Below, piece after piece: positions 9,886 through 20,046 of a DNA stretch of 56,932 nucleotides. Origin of the DNA: Nitrospirota bacterium (GTDB lineage: Bacteria; Nitrospirota; Thermodesulfovibrionia; Thermodesulfovibrionales; SM23-35). A model generated the notes under the pieces. The model did no database searches. It saw only the letters and a program-made list of their open reading frames with translations, and was not told where the DNA came from. The stretch spans positions 2,303-59,234 of the forward strand of contig JBFMDQ010000007.1 of the NCBI GenBank assembly GCA_040753955.1. The letters run 5' to 3'. The stretch's first letter is position 1, and each line of letters opens with the position of its first letter. Both the position numbers and the translations under genes were made by a program.

Positions 9886-11357
9886 ATGTAGATAGCGTGA
9901 TGCCATCAGGGGCGTGAGTGTAAAAGAGACAAAAAGTGACACGAGTACTGCGAAAACTACTGTCAGAGCAAACTGCAGGAAAAATCTCCCGATAATCCCT
10001 TTCATGAATGCTACCGGAAGGAATATGGCAACGATAGCAAAGGTTGTAGCCATAACTGCGAGCCCTATCTCAGAGGTTGCAAAAGATGCAGCATCCCTCG
10101 GCTTCATCCCCCCCTCTATATGCCTGTAGATATTTTCTATGACAATGATGGCGTCATCAATAAGAATCCCGATAGAAAGAGCAAGGGCAAGCATGGTCAT
10201 ATTATTGAAGGTAAATCCAAAGGCGTTCATTATAGTAAATGTAGAAATTATTGAGGTCGGAATAGCTAAAGCACTTATCAGCGTAACCCTGAAATTTTTT
10301 AGAAACAGGAGCACAGCCAGAGCAGCAAAGAAGCCTCCGTAGATCAGGTGCCGCTGGACTTCGTGAATGGAACGTTTTATAAAGTCAGACAGGTCAAAAG
10401 AGGTCTCAAGTTTTATTCCCGGGGGAAGATTCTGTCTGATCGTTACAAGTTCCTTTTTAATTCTGTTTATAACCTCAACAGTATTCGTGCCAGACTGCTT
10501 CTGTATTCCAAGGCCAACAGCGGGTGTACCGTTGAACCTCGCTATTGAACGCTTCTCCCCCATCCCGTCTTCAGCCCTGCCGATGTCCCTGACCCTCACA
10601 GGAGCGCCTTTATAATATCCGACGATAAGATCGTTAAATTCCTGCGGACTTCTGAATTCACCCTTGATTTTTACGGAATACTCCTTTGTTTCGCTCTCAA
10701 TCCTGCCACCCGGAAGTTCGACATTTTCTCTCTGAAGGGACATCAATACATCGTGTGCGGTTATTTGGTAAGCGGAAAGTTTATCAGAATTAAGCCAGAC
10801 CCTTACCTGCCTCGGCCTTAGCCCTCCCATCCTTATGGCTCCAACGCCATTTATTTTCTGGAGCTGTTCTTTCAATACCTCATCAGCATAGGTAGAAAGC
10901 TCTCTGGAGGATCTTTCTCCTGTGAGGGCAAGCCACATAACAGGGGTTGCATCTGGGTCTACCTTTTCTATCACAGGTTCATCTATATCAGTAGGGAGCT
11001 TCTTTCTGATGATTGAAATCTTCTCTCTTACATCCTGCACAGCAAGGTCGATGTCCCTTTCGAGGACGAACTCAACTGTAACAACAGAAACGCCCTCTGT
11101 GCTTGTGGAGGTGATTGTCTTTACGCCATTGATGGTATTGACTGCTTCCTCTATCTTGTCAGTAACATCAATATCCATTATTTCAGGGCTTGCACCTTTA
11201 AGGATGGTGGTAATGTTCACGATGGGAAAATCTACCTTTGGGAACAGGTCAACACCGATACGGGGGTAACTCACAATGCCAAGGACAACAAGGCCGAGAA
11301 TGACCATTGTTGCAAATACAGGACGTTTAATCGAGGTATCAGCGAGCCACATATTAA

Positions 11358-11747
11358 TTAGTCCTTAGTCAAAAGTCGAGAGTCAGGAGTCAAATACTTG
11401 ATAAAGCCTCTAATAAGTTTCGACGTTTCTACGCTTTTAGAATAAAGTCTTTCAAATTCATCTCTGCTTATATAATTCAGGTCTATAGCCACATAAAGTT
11501 GGCTTTGAAACTCAGCATTAGAACCAATAGCAATGTATAAAAATTTTGTAAATTCTTTATCCGTTTGCCTTGCATAGCCCTCCGCAATGTTGCTCATTAC
11601 GGATATTGCAGACCTTCTTATCTGATCTTTTAACGCAAAATCACCTTTGAAGTTTTTATTGTTTTCTGTTAGCTGATATATTTGCTTCACCATTTCCCTT
11701 GCTTTTTTCCACGCTTCAATATCCTCAAATCTTGAGATTTTAGCCAT
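11358..11747 (-). CDS. Four-helix-bundle protein (TIGR02436 / 23S rRNA IVP / bAvd-like), copy 1
   Basis: FEDIEAWKKA, DQIRRSAISVMSNIAEG, FLYIAIGS..E..SQLY.A.DLNYI. Confidence 0.92.
   Translation of the reverse strand: MAKISRFEDIEAWKKAREMVKQIYQLTENNKNFKGDFALKDQIRRSAISVMSNIAEGYARQTDKEFTKFLYIAIGSNAEFQSQLYVAIDLNYISRDEFERLYSKSVETSKLIRGFIKYLTPDSRLLTKD
11360..11394. repeat. 7-nt repeat arm (AGTCnnn x5), complementary to 11762-11789
   Basis: AGTCCTT AGTCAAA AGTCGAG AGTCAGG AGTCAAA. Confidence 0.85.
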
Positions 11748-11749
11748 TT

Positions 11750-12862
11750 TTAAAATGCCTTCTTGACTGCCGACTCTTGACTGCCGACTATATTGACTTT
11801 CACATTTTCAGAAAGGTTCTGTTGACCGACTATGACTACCTTTTCCCCTTCCTTTAACCCTTCAATTATCTCCATCAATTCTCCGTATTTACTCCCAATC
11901 TTTACTTCCCTCTCCCTTGCCCTATCCCCTTCCACGACAAACACCTTTACATTCTCGGCTTCATAAAGAAGAGATGTGACAGGGACAACTACAGTATCCC
12001 TTGCAGCACCCATGTAAAGCGTGACGTGGGCAAAGAAACTTGGTTTCAAAAGCCCGTTTGGATTCGGAACCAATGCCTCTACCTCAAGTGTCCTTGTTCT
12101 TTCTTCAAGGCTTGGATAGATAATGCTTACTTTCCCCTCAAATTCTTTATCAGGGAAGGCATCCACTCTGAAGGTCACATCCTGACCTTTCTTCAATTTT
12201 CCCGCGTCCTTTTCGGTTACAGTAAAATTCAGCTTGAGGGGATTATTCTGGATGATTACAAAAAGATTAGTGCCATTTTTCACATAATCACCTGTCGAAA
12301 CCTTTCTTTCCTTTACAACACCTGATAGAGGTGAATACATTTTTGTCTTTTTGAGTTTCTCTCTTGCAAGGGAAAGTGTTGCCTTTGCCCTTTCTATTTC
12401 AGCCTCAGCGAGAGAGAGCCTCGTTGAGACATCATCAAATTGCTGTTTTGTAACGAGCTCCTCTTTATAAAGGACTTCTTTTCGCTGATATTCTAATTTA
12501 GTATTGGCTAGGGTCGCCTCCGTCTGCCTTAAAGCCGCCTCAGCTCTTTTAACTTCAAGGTTGTAATCAGTATCATCAATCGCCGCCAGAACCATGCCCT
12601 TTGAAACCGCAGTCCCTTCATCAACTCTTACACTCTTTAAACCCCCATCCACCTCTGCACTCACGATAACTTCCTCATAGGGATTCAATGTGCCGATCGT
12701 TTCAACAAAAGGCCTCAGAGGCTTCTTCTCGGCAGCCTTTATGCTCACATTAACTGCCCTTTCTCCTACGGTCTTCACTTCTTTTTTCTTGCAACCAGCA
12801 ACGGATAGTAAACAGTAGACAGAAAACAGTAAACAGAAAACAACAAAAGACATTTTTTTCAT
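11750..12862 (-). CDS. RND efflux periplasmic adaptor (MFP), lipoprotein
   Basis: VAGC lipobox, lipoyl halves, helical hairpin, SPLSGVV, TRT, LLKP. Confidence 0.92.
   Translation of the reverse strand: MKKMSFVVFCLLFSVYCLLSVAGCKKKEVKTVGERAVNVSIKAAEKKPLRPFVETIGTLNPYEEVIVSAEVDGGLKSVRVDEGTAVSKGMVLAAIDDTDYNLEVKRAEAALRQTEATLANTKLEYQRKEVLYKEELVTKQQFDDVSTRLSLAEAEIERAKATLSLAREKLKKTKMYSPLSGVVKERKVSTGDYVKNGTNLFVIIQNNPLKLNFTVTEKDAGKLKKGQDVTFRVDAFPDKEFEGKVSIIYPSLEERTRTLEVEALVPNPNGLLKPSFFAHVTLYMGAARDTVVVPVTSLLYEAENVKVFVVEGDRAREREVKIGSKYGELMEIIEGLKEGEKVVIVGQQNLSENVKVNIVGSQESAVKKAF
11762..11789. repeat. 7-nt repeat arm (nnnGACT x4)
   Basis: CTTGACT GCCGACT CTTGACT GCCGACT. Confidence 0.85.
12803..12851. 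repeat. 7-nt repeat arm (AAACAGT-type), complementary to 13120-13154
   Basis: GGATAGT AAACAGT AGACAGA AAACAGT AAACAGA AAACAAC AAAAGAC. Confidence 0.85.
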
Positions 12863-13104
12863 TTTGACGTTGCTCCCACGAATTTATACAAAAGTTTCCC
12901 TATGACATCGATCTTTCTCAACAGTTCTTCATTTTCAGCTTCTGCTATATTTGCCGGGATCGAAATTGCAGAACGTCGCATCTGAGAGATAAGCCCAAAT
13001 TTTTCTTCATCGGGAAAATTCCTTGTAATTTTATAAATATCAAGTACTAATTCATGTGACTTTTGCCAAACAATCAAATCCTGAAAACTGGTACAAACGC
13101 CCAT
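12859..13104 (-). pseudogene. Four-helix-bundle protein, copy 2, with an in-frame internal deletion
   Basis: FQDLIVWQKSH...FP.EEKFGL.SQMRRSA.SIPANIAE joins directly to the last helix; about 36 aa missing relative to copy 3. Confidence 0.85.
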
Positions 13105-13119
13105 TTTTTCCTCCCGTAT

Positions 13120-13154
13120 GCTGTTTGCTGACTACTGTTTACTGAGTACTGTTT
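13120..13154. repeat. 7-nt repeat arm (ACTGTTT-type)
   Basis: GCTGTTT GCTGACT ACTGTTT ACTGAGT ACTGTTT. Confidence 0.85.
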
Positions 13155-14463
13155 TTAACAGTGTTCCCGTTGCCCGTTCTACCCTCAAAATAGCTAACTC
13201 ATAATTATATTGTGCATCTGATAATTGCCTTTCTGATGTAAGCAACAACGTATTAGCATCAATAACATCTATGCTATTGGCAAGGCCAAATTCATATTGC
13301 CTTGAGATGGAATTATAGTTGTCCCTGGCAAATGTAACTTCATCTTCAAGGGATTTCAAAACACCTTTTTGCGTCATAAAGTCAAGGTAAGCGTTTTCTA
13401 CTTCAATATTTATTGTCTTTCTTAAATCTTCATAAATAAGTTCAGATTGCCTCTGTCTTGCTTTTGCTTCCCTCACTTCAGCCCTTCGGAGACCTCCCTC
13501 GAAAAAAGGGAAGTTTAGCGTTAGTCCTCCATAAATGCTTTCTTTAAGAAAAAACGGGGAGGCTGGGTCTTCGTCTTTCCCTGAATAAACACCCTCAACA
13601 CAAAGGGTTGGCCAGTACGCCCCTTTTGCATATTTAACCTGATCTTCTGCAATTTTCTTCTGGAGTTCGGAACTTTTAAGCTCTGCCCTTTGCATTCTCG
13701 CCTCTTCTCGTAAAGAAGGCAAAAAAAGATAAACGGGTTCTTCTAAAGGTGTTTCCTTAAGAGTATATTCTTCGTATATTCCAACAATTCTTGCAAGAAC
13801 TGCCTTTGCAAGCTTGAGGTTGTTTTCTGCCTTTACCATCTCAGATTGTGCGCCTGAAAGCTCCGCCTCTGCCCTCAGGAGGTCAGTCTTTGTTACTTCG
13901 CCAACCTTAAGCCTTATAGCTGCCGCATCCCTGTGCTTTATTAGCCTCTCCATATTTGCCCTCGCAATCTCCAGAGCCTTTTTCGCCCTTAGGACATCAT
14001 AATAGGCTGAGGCAATGCTGAAAAGATAGCCTTCTCTTACTGCATAGAGGTCATATCCGCTCTTCTCAATGTTTTCCTTCGAGATTTTAAAAGCCTTTAG
14101 TTCTTTACCACTTAAGGACATTGACTGGTCAAGCCTTAATCCCCATGATGTAGAATAATCAGGTTGAATAACCCATGTGCCGGTTGTTTTAGCTTCACTA
14201 TACCTCGTATAATCCCAGAAAGTAGAAAGTTTGGGAAGGAGCACCGAAAGAGCCTTATCCTTTCCTCTTTCTGCGATATAAACGCCCTCTTCTGATATTT
14301 TTATTACCTCAGCGCGCTCAAGGGCAATCCTGTATAGGTCATCGAGTGAATATTCCTGGGCAAAAGTATTTTCGGTGCCTGAGGCTACGATATAAAAAAT
14401 AAATGCAACAAGGGTGCAGGTTATCAATTTAAACAACCTGTTGTAATTCCTCCTTCCGGTCAT
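13132..14463 (-). CDS. TolC-family outer membrane efflux protein
   Basis: Signal peptide, two OEP repeats, P.FEGG, YEFGL...DVIDA. Confidence 0.92.
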   Translation of the reverse strand: MTGRRNYNRLFKLITCTLVAFIFYIVASGTENTFAQEYSLDDLYRIALERAEVIKISEEGVYIAERGKDKALSVLLPKLSTFWDYTRYSEAKTTGTWVIQPDYSTSWGLRLDQSMSLSGKELKAFKISKENIEKSGYDLYAVREGYLFSIASAYYDVLRAKKALEIARANMERLIKHRDAAAIRLKVGEVTKTDLLRAEAELSGAQSEMVKAENNLKLAKAVLARIVGIYEEYTLKETPLEEPVYLFLPSLREEARMQRAELKSSELQKKIAEDQVKYAKGAYWPTLCVEGVYSGKDEDPASPFFLKESIYGGLTLNFPFFEGGLRRAEVREAKARQRQSELIYEDLRKTINIEVENAYLDFMTQKGVLKSLEDEVTFARDNYNSISRQYEFGLANSIDVIDANTLLLTSERQLSDAQYNYELAILRVERATGTLLKTVLSKQ

Positions 14464-15077
14464 TAGCCTTCTCCTTTTACCTGATGTTTATCTTTTAGGG
14501 TGCCATTTACAAATATATCAACAAACTCTCCTATTGTCTTTTCCGTCTCCCTTCTGGAGATATTGCGCCTCTTTACAATCTCTTCAGCCTTGAAATAGGA
14601 GAAGATCATCCCGAGAAATGCCCTGGCAGCTATTCTATTGGAAAAATTCCTGAGTAAACCCGTTTTCTGCAGAGACCCAAGATAATTCGCAAGAGTTTGT
14701 ATAAGTTCATCAATGAAACCGTTGTAGACCGCCCTGATCTTATCTGGATAGATATTCATCTCAGAAAGCATAATCATAATCAGAGGTTTCCGCTCCTTAA
14801 GGGTCTCAAGAAACCTTATGCCTACTAACCTAAGCGCCTTATCAAAGGAAAGCCCCTCAAGCTGGAGCAGGAGTTCCCTTAGTTTAGGCAGGAAGGTATA
14901 TCTCTTGAGAACCTCCTCAAAGAGCTTTTCTTTAGAGCCAAAGTGTCTGAAGAGAGTAAGTTCCGTAACACCTGCCTCCTGGGCAATCTCCCTTGTTGTG
15001 GCCCCAAGATAGCCCTTCTCTGAAATCAATCGCAGAGTTGCCTCTAAAAGCTTCTCCTCAGTGTTAGGCTTCTTCAT
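14463..15077 (-). CDS. TetR/AcrR-family regulator
   Basis: [25 protein letters not shown] helix-turn-helix. Confidence 0.95.
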   Translation of the reverse strand: MKKPNTEEKLLEATLRLISEKGYLGATTREIAQEAGVTELTLFRHFGSKEKLFEEVLKRYTFLPKLRELLLQLEGLSFDKALRLVGIRFLETLKERKPLIMIMLSEMNIYPDKIRAVYNGFIDELIQTLANYLGSLQKTGLLRNFSNRIAARAFLGMIFSYFKAEEIVKRRNISRRETEKTIGEFVDIFVNGTLKDKHQVKGEG

Positions 15078-15081
15078 TATT

Positions 15082-15097
15082 GTAAGTAATTACTTAC
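15082..15097. promoter_or_regulatory. Probable TetR operator
   Basis: Perfect 16-bp palindrome GTAAGTAATTACTTAC, 4 nt upstream of the tetR ATG; TTGACT on the minus strand at 15115-15120. Confidence 0.75.
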
Positions 15098-15152
15098 TAT
15101 AAAATGAGCTAAGAAGTCAAGGGAAAACTTGAAAGACTAAATTTGTAAGAGG

Positions 15153-15503
15153 TTATTTAACGCTGAGAATTTTATTCTTCTCGTCAAGTAGGACTATCTT
15201 TGGCTTGAATCTCTTTAGCTTATTATCTTCAACATAGCTGTAACAGAAGATTATAATCTTATCTCCAATAATACCTTTTCTTGCGGTAGGGCCATTAAGG
15301 CAGACCTCACCCCTCTTGCCAGGTATCACATATGTCTCAAATCTTTCTCCGTTATTAAGATTACTTACCATCACCTGTTCATATGGAAGTATCCCTGCCT
15401 TTTTTAATATCTTCTCATCTATGGTAATACTGCCCTCATATGACAGGTTTGACTCTGTAACTGTTGCCATATGTATCTTTGCCCTAAGTATGCACCTTAA
15501 CAT
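15153..15503 (-). CDS. panD: Aspartate 1-decarboxylase
   Basis: KIH.ATVT..L.YEGSITID (Gly-Ser cleavage site), NGERFETY, CLNG. Confidence 0.95.
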   Translation of the reverse strand: MLRCILRAKIHMATVTESNLSYEGSITIDEKILKKAGILPYEQVMVSNLNNGERFETYVIPGKRGEVCLNGPTARKGIIGDKIIIFCYSYVEDNKLKRFKPKIVLLDEKNKILSVK

Positions 15504-15535
15504 GACAGTATCCTTTTCTTATTTAATTATGCATC

Positions 15536-15754
15536 TTGGCATATAACAAATTCAAGTGTCCAACCCCTGCCGGGGAAAACAAAAAGACAACCAAATGGTT
15601 ATTGAACTTTGCTGAAGAAGTAAATAAGATAAATATGAGATTTAAAGATGAACTTAAAAAGGCTTTTGACCGCTTTGAAGAAAAGGAGCTGGTTATCGAA
15701 AGGAATCCTGAATTATTTTCAGTTGCTATAATCATAACAAAGAATAAATCATGA
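15536..15754 (+). other. Short ORF or gene remnant coupled to the R-M gene
   Basis: 72 codons, TTG start without a Shine-Dalgarno; stop overlaps the R-M ATG (ATGA). Confidence 0.3.
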
Positions 15755-18700
15755 AGGCCCACCGAAATAGAGGACTTTTCTCAAATTATTACTTGGATGA
15801 ACTACTTCCAAAAGAGGATGAATTCAAAGTTTCCATTTCTGTGGTCAAAGGTGTCTATGAGAAAGTCAAAGGGATTTGGGATAAAAGCAGATTTGAAGCC
15901 ATCAACGAAGATCAACTAAGAAAACATTTTCTGGATAAAGTAATGGATTGCCTGGGATGGGTGGTAGATGTTAACGCTCCTGTCCCGGTAGGCGAATGGT
16001 CAAAGCGGCCTGACTATGCCTTCTTTCAGGATAGTGAGACTTTAAAATCTGCACATAAGGGTAAGAAGGAAGATTACTTCAAGAAAACTATATGTGTTGC
16101 TGAAGCAAAGCGGTGGGGAAGACCTCTCGACAGAAAACTTAAGACAGAGGCCGATCCACTTGAGGTTCAGAACCCATCGCTTCAGATTAGCCGTTATTTA
16201 TGGCTTACCGGTGTTAAGTGGGGAATTCTTACAGACGGAAAATACTGGCGGCTTTATGAACGTGAGACTTCAAAGAGGCTCGACATTTTTTATGAAATTG
16301 ACCTTGAAGATCTTATAGAATCAGGCTCGCCTGAAGATTTCCGATATTTCTATCTTCTCTTCCGTAAGGATGCCTTTCCTGAATTCATAGAGAAGGTCTA
16401 TAAAGGGAGCGTTGATTATGCAGAAGCTGTTGGCGAGGAACTCAAAGAGAATATTTATCAGGCTCTTAAAATATTGTCACAGGGATTTTTGAAAACGCCT
16501 GGCAATAATCTTTCAGAAGCTAACTTAAAAGAAACCCATGATAATTCTTTGATCTTGCTTTATCGTCTTCTTTTCATCCTCTATGCAGAGTATCGTAGTC
16601 TTCTTCCCATCGGAGTGAACAGGCTTTATACCGAATCATACAGTCTGGATGCCTTTAAAAAGGAGATTTCAAACAGGCTTGATAAAAATGAGCCCATTGC
16701 TATCTCGACTTTTAGCTACTGCAACAAACTGAAAGAGTTGTTTGAGATTATTAATTTTGGCAACAAAGAACTCGAAGTTCCTCCTTATAATGGTGGTCTT
16801 TTCGACTCGGAAAAACATACATTTCTCGAAAAACACAGGGTGGGTGATTTCTTTGTTGCAAGAGCGATTGATCTCCTTTCACGCTCAAGGGACAAGGCAT
16901 ACATTGATTACGGAAGCCTTGAAATAAGACATCTGGGCTCTATCTATGAGGGGCTTCTCGAATACAAACTGAGGATTGCAGAAGAAAATATTATTCCTCT
17001 GAAGGATAAAGGCAAGGAAAAGTTTGTCTCTCTTGAGGAGGCAAAAAAGCAGAAGAAAATCAGAGAAGATGAGATAGTTCGAACAGGAGAAATGTATCTC
17101 GTAACAGACAAAGGTGAGCGTAAGGCTACCGGTTCTTATTACACCCCTGATTATATTGTGAAGTATATTGTTGAAAATACTCTTGGACCTCTGGTAGAGG
17201 AGAAAAGGAAGCAGGTCTCAGAAAATATTAAGAATCTGAGAGAAAGAATCAAAGTATCAAGAGGTCTGAACAGAGAACTGCTTGAAAAAGAACTCAAAAA
17301 GGTTGAAGGGACTTTAATAGATGAGATTCTTTCATTAAAGGTGCTTGACCCTGCAATGGGGAGCGGTCATTTTCTTGTCGAAGCTACAGATTTTCTGGCA
17401 AGGGAATTATTGAAAGTCTTGAGTGGAGAACCGCTTGATAAGCACGCAAAAGAAATGGTTATTAGTGAAACCCTGGAACCATACGGTCTGAAAGAACCAG
17501 AGGAAGAAGACATAAGATGGGCAAGACGTGAGGTTGTAGAGAGATGTATTTTCGGAGTGGATTTAAACCCGATGGCAGTTGAACTTGCAAAACTATCCCT
17601 GTGGCTTTACACCGTTGCAAAGAACAGACCCCTTAATTTCCTCGACCATCACTTAAGATGTGGAAATTCTCTGATTGGAGCAAGAATAGATGACCTGGCA
17701 GGCCTCCCCAAAATAAAAAAGAAAAAGAAAGCGCCTGAAGGGCAACCTGTTCAGCTTGGTCTTTTCGAAAGTGTCTTTAAAGAAAAGGTAAATATTCTTC
17801 TTGGTGCATTTGCTCAGATTGAATCACTTCCTTCCGATACAGTCGAACAAATAAGACAGAAAGAGAAACTTTATCAGGATTTCAGGAAAATCGTCTCTCG
17901 GTTTCAGGATGTGGCAGATGTCTGGACCAGCAATTATTTTGGGAATGAAATAGATTTTGGAAAATATCAGGGCCTTCAGGATAAGCTTCGTTCCCCTGAT
18001 AAGGAATGGGAAAGCTTAGGCCATGAGCCATGGTTTAAAAAAGCAAAATGGATCGCAAATGAAAAAAGATTCTTTCACTGGGAACTTGAATTTCCAGAAG
18101 TCTTTTTTGAAGGGCACCTGAGAAAAGAAAATCCAGGATTTGATGTAGTTGTTGGGAATCCACCATATGAAAGGACTAAATATCTCATCCAAGATCAAAA
18201 TGTTTATGATCAATTTTTTAAAACTGCTTTTGGTGCTTATGACATTTATGTACTTTTTATGGAGAAATCACTTTCGCTTATTTCATCTATTGGAAGATTT
18301 TCATTTATAGTATCCAATAAATTTCTTATATCAGATTATGGAGACAAATTAAGGAATTTGCTCTGTGAAGAATATAATGTTTCGCAATTAATCGATCTGA
18401 CAGAATGCCCAAGTGTATTCAGGGATGCACTAATTAGTCCGGTAGTGATAGTTGCAAGTAAAATTAAATCAGATTTTGTTTATATCGCTGTGTTTAAAAA
18501 AGATTTACCCGAAGAAATATCCAAACTTTATGATCTGTTCTATCAGTGTACTGACAGCTTGGAGACTGATCTTGTGGATGTTGAGCGAAGGTTGCCCAAA
18601 GAATTAAGACATCCAGAAACAGGACATTTCAATATTTATTTAGTCGGCAATAAGAAACGTTTAGAAAGGAAAATATATTCAAAATCTCTACTATTAAAGA

Positions 18701-19869
18701 AGTTAAGGTCAATTAGGACTGGTGTGATGGGCTTCGAATACTGGAGCTTTGAACCTTATATAACAGAGAAGGAATCACCTTCTTCTGATAATCTCAGACT
18801 ATTGACACCAAGCCTAATTGATAGATACGAGGTGCTTTGGGGGTTGCAGCCGATTGATATCTACAAAACTAGCCTATTTTATCCAGTTCTCGATATTCGA
18901 AATGCTCCCCTAAATGAGATGGCCAGAAAATTTTTTGAATCATCAAAAGTTGTTGTTCGTGGAACAGCTCGAAAGTTGTCAGCTGCTCTGGATACGGCCG
19001 GCTATGCCCTCTTGGTAGCTGTCCACGGAATACCTTATCATAGCTTGAGAGATGGTCTGTTTCTTGTAAGCTTAATAAACAGTAGTCTTTTGAATTGGCT
19101 CCACATAGTATCTTTTTATAGTGCGAGAATCCCTCAAGGTTCTTTGAGATATCCAGTTTCGTTCTATGAAAGTCTTCCTATCCGCAGCATTTCCTTTGTT
19201 ACGCCTAAAGATGGAAGGAAAAAGTTGTTTGAGGAGGCTAAAAATTACTACAAAAAATATCTTGAAAGTGGAAACTCGGATACCATTGTCTACTTCATTG
19301 AATCTAGATTAACTAAGGAGCATAAACCAGAGCCTGGACTTGTCAAAAAGCATAACGCTGATCCATTAAATAAAGACTGGCAGATTCCCGAAGGAGCTTT
19401 GTGGGAGCAGTCTGACGTGGTACATGACATTCTGGCATACCTCGCGGAACAGATGATCGAGATGAATAAAGAAAAACAATCTGAAATTAAAGGATTTCTT
19501 GGATGGCTTGAGAGTCAGTTGAAAGCTCAGCCGGATAAGGATGGTAATAAAGGAATAGAAGCTCTTACTGGAAAGAGCCATATGAAAACCTACTTAGGGG
19601 ACTATCAGAAAGGGGAAGTACATCTGTCTTTTGAAAACTTCTGGAAAGTTCTGGAGAAAAACAGAAATAGGATTCAGGCAAATCTAAAATCCAGAGGGCT
19701 TTATGAAACCATCAAATCCGAATATGAAAAATCCCTGTCAACACTTCTACCCCTGAAAGAGAAACTCCGTAAAACCGACTGGCTCATCGACCAGATTGTT
19801 TATAAACTTTATGGTCTGACTGAAGAAGAAATCAAAGTAGTCGAGGGTCAACAGAAAAAAATAAAATGA
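15751..19869 (+). CDS. Type IIG (Eco57I-like) fused restriction endonuclease / N6-adenine methyltransferase
   Basis: RPDY...EAK nuclease motif, LTDG..WRLY, GSYYTP, LDPAMGSGHF, VGNPPY, variable target-recognition region, C-terminal IDQIVYKLYGLTEEEI. Confidence 0.93.
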   Translation: MKAHRNRGLFSNYYLDELLPKEDEFKVSISVVKGVYEKVKGIWDKSRFEAINEDQLRKHFLDKVMDCLGWVVDVNAPVPVGEWSKRPDYAFFQDSETLKSAHKGKKEDYFKKTICVAEAKRWGRPLDRKLKTEADPLEVQNPSLQISRYLWLTGVKWGILTDGKYWRLYERETSKRLDIFYEIDLEDLIESGSPEDFRYFYLLFRKDAFPEFIEKVYKGSVDYAEAVGEELKENIYQALKILSQGFLKTPGNNLSEANLKETHDNSLILLYRLLFILYAEYRSLLPIGVNRLYTESYSLDAFKKEISNRLDKNEPIAISTFSYCNKLKELFEIINFGNKELEVPPYNGGLFDSEKHTFLEKHRVGDFFVARAIDLLSRSRDKAYIDYGSLEIRHLGSIYEGLLEYKLRIAEENIIPLKDKGKEKFVSLEEAKKQKKIREDEIVRTGEMYLVTDKGERKATGSYYTPDYIVKYIVENTLGPLVEEKRKQVSENIKNLRERIKVSRGLNRELLEKELKKVEGTLIDEILSLKVLDPAMGSGHFLVEATDFLARELLKVLSGEPLDKHAKEMVISETLEPYGLKEPEEEDIRWARREVVERCIFGVDLNPMAVELAKLSLWLYTVAKNRPLNFLDHHLRCGNSLIGARIDDLAGLPKIKKKKKAPEGQPVQLGLFESVFKEKVNILLGAFAQIESLPSDTVEQIRQKEKLYQDFRKIVSRFQDVADVWTSNYFGNEIDFGKYQGLQDKLRSPDKEWESLGHEPWFKKAKWIANEKRFFHWELEFPEVFFEGHLRKENPGFDVVVGNPPYERTKYLIQDQNVYDQFFKTAFGAYDIYVLFMEKSLSLISSIGRFSFIVSNKFLISDYGDKLRNLLCEEYNVSQLIDLTECPSVFRDALISPVVIVASKIKSDFVYIAVFKKDLPEEISKLYDLFYQCTDSLETDLVDVERRLPKELRHPETGHFNIYLVGNKKRLERKIYSKSLLLKKLRSIRTGVMGFEYWSFEPYITEKESPSSDNLRLLTPSLIDRYEVLWGLQPIDIYKTSLFYPVLDIRNAPLNEMARKFFESSKVVVRGTARKLSAALDTAGYALLVAVHGIPYHSLRDGLFLVSLINSSLLNWLHIVSFYSARIPQGSLRYPVSFYESLPIRSISFVTPKDGRKKLFEEAKNYYKKYLESGNSDTIVYFIESRLTKEHKPEPGLVKKHNADPLNKDWQIPEGALWEQSDVVHDILAYLAEQMIEMNKEKQSEIKGFLGWLESQLKAQPDKDGNKGIEALTGKSHMKTYLGDYQKGEVHLSFENFWKVLEKNRNRIQANLKSRGLYETIKSEYEKSLSTLLPLKEKLRKTDWLIDQIVYKLYGLTEEEIKVVEGQQKKIK

Positions 19870-20046
19870 AAGTTCATCCCAAAGATATCAACCGAATGTA
19901 AAAATTGAAGTTTTTAATAAATGAATGAGTTGGTGTCAGGCCTTGAATTGTGAATTTGTTATCAGAAAATGACGATCTGAAAACATTTTTCATGCTTTAT
20001 CTGGAGTGGGTTGTTCTAAAAACCACAAAAATTAATCGAGGAATAC

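Larger units (their letters stand above)
8250..11352 (-). pseudogene. AcrB/MdtB-family RND permease, frameshifted into two ORFs (9595-11352 and 8250-9614)
   Basis: IKRPVFA start, GILIDDAIIVIENI, GLVKKNAILLVD, RLRPILMT; frames rejoin when one copy of the 16-bp repeat at 9582-9613 is removed (1028 aa). Confidence 0.9.

Noticed and set aside
11358-13104. Diversity-generating retroelement suggested by Avd-like proteins
   Set aside because: No reverse transcriptase and no template/variable repeat pair with adenine-specific mismatches was seen in the window.
19931-19957. Possible REP-like half site GGTGTCAGGCCTTGAATTGTGAATT
   Set aside because: Single copy with no partner arm or transposase in the window.
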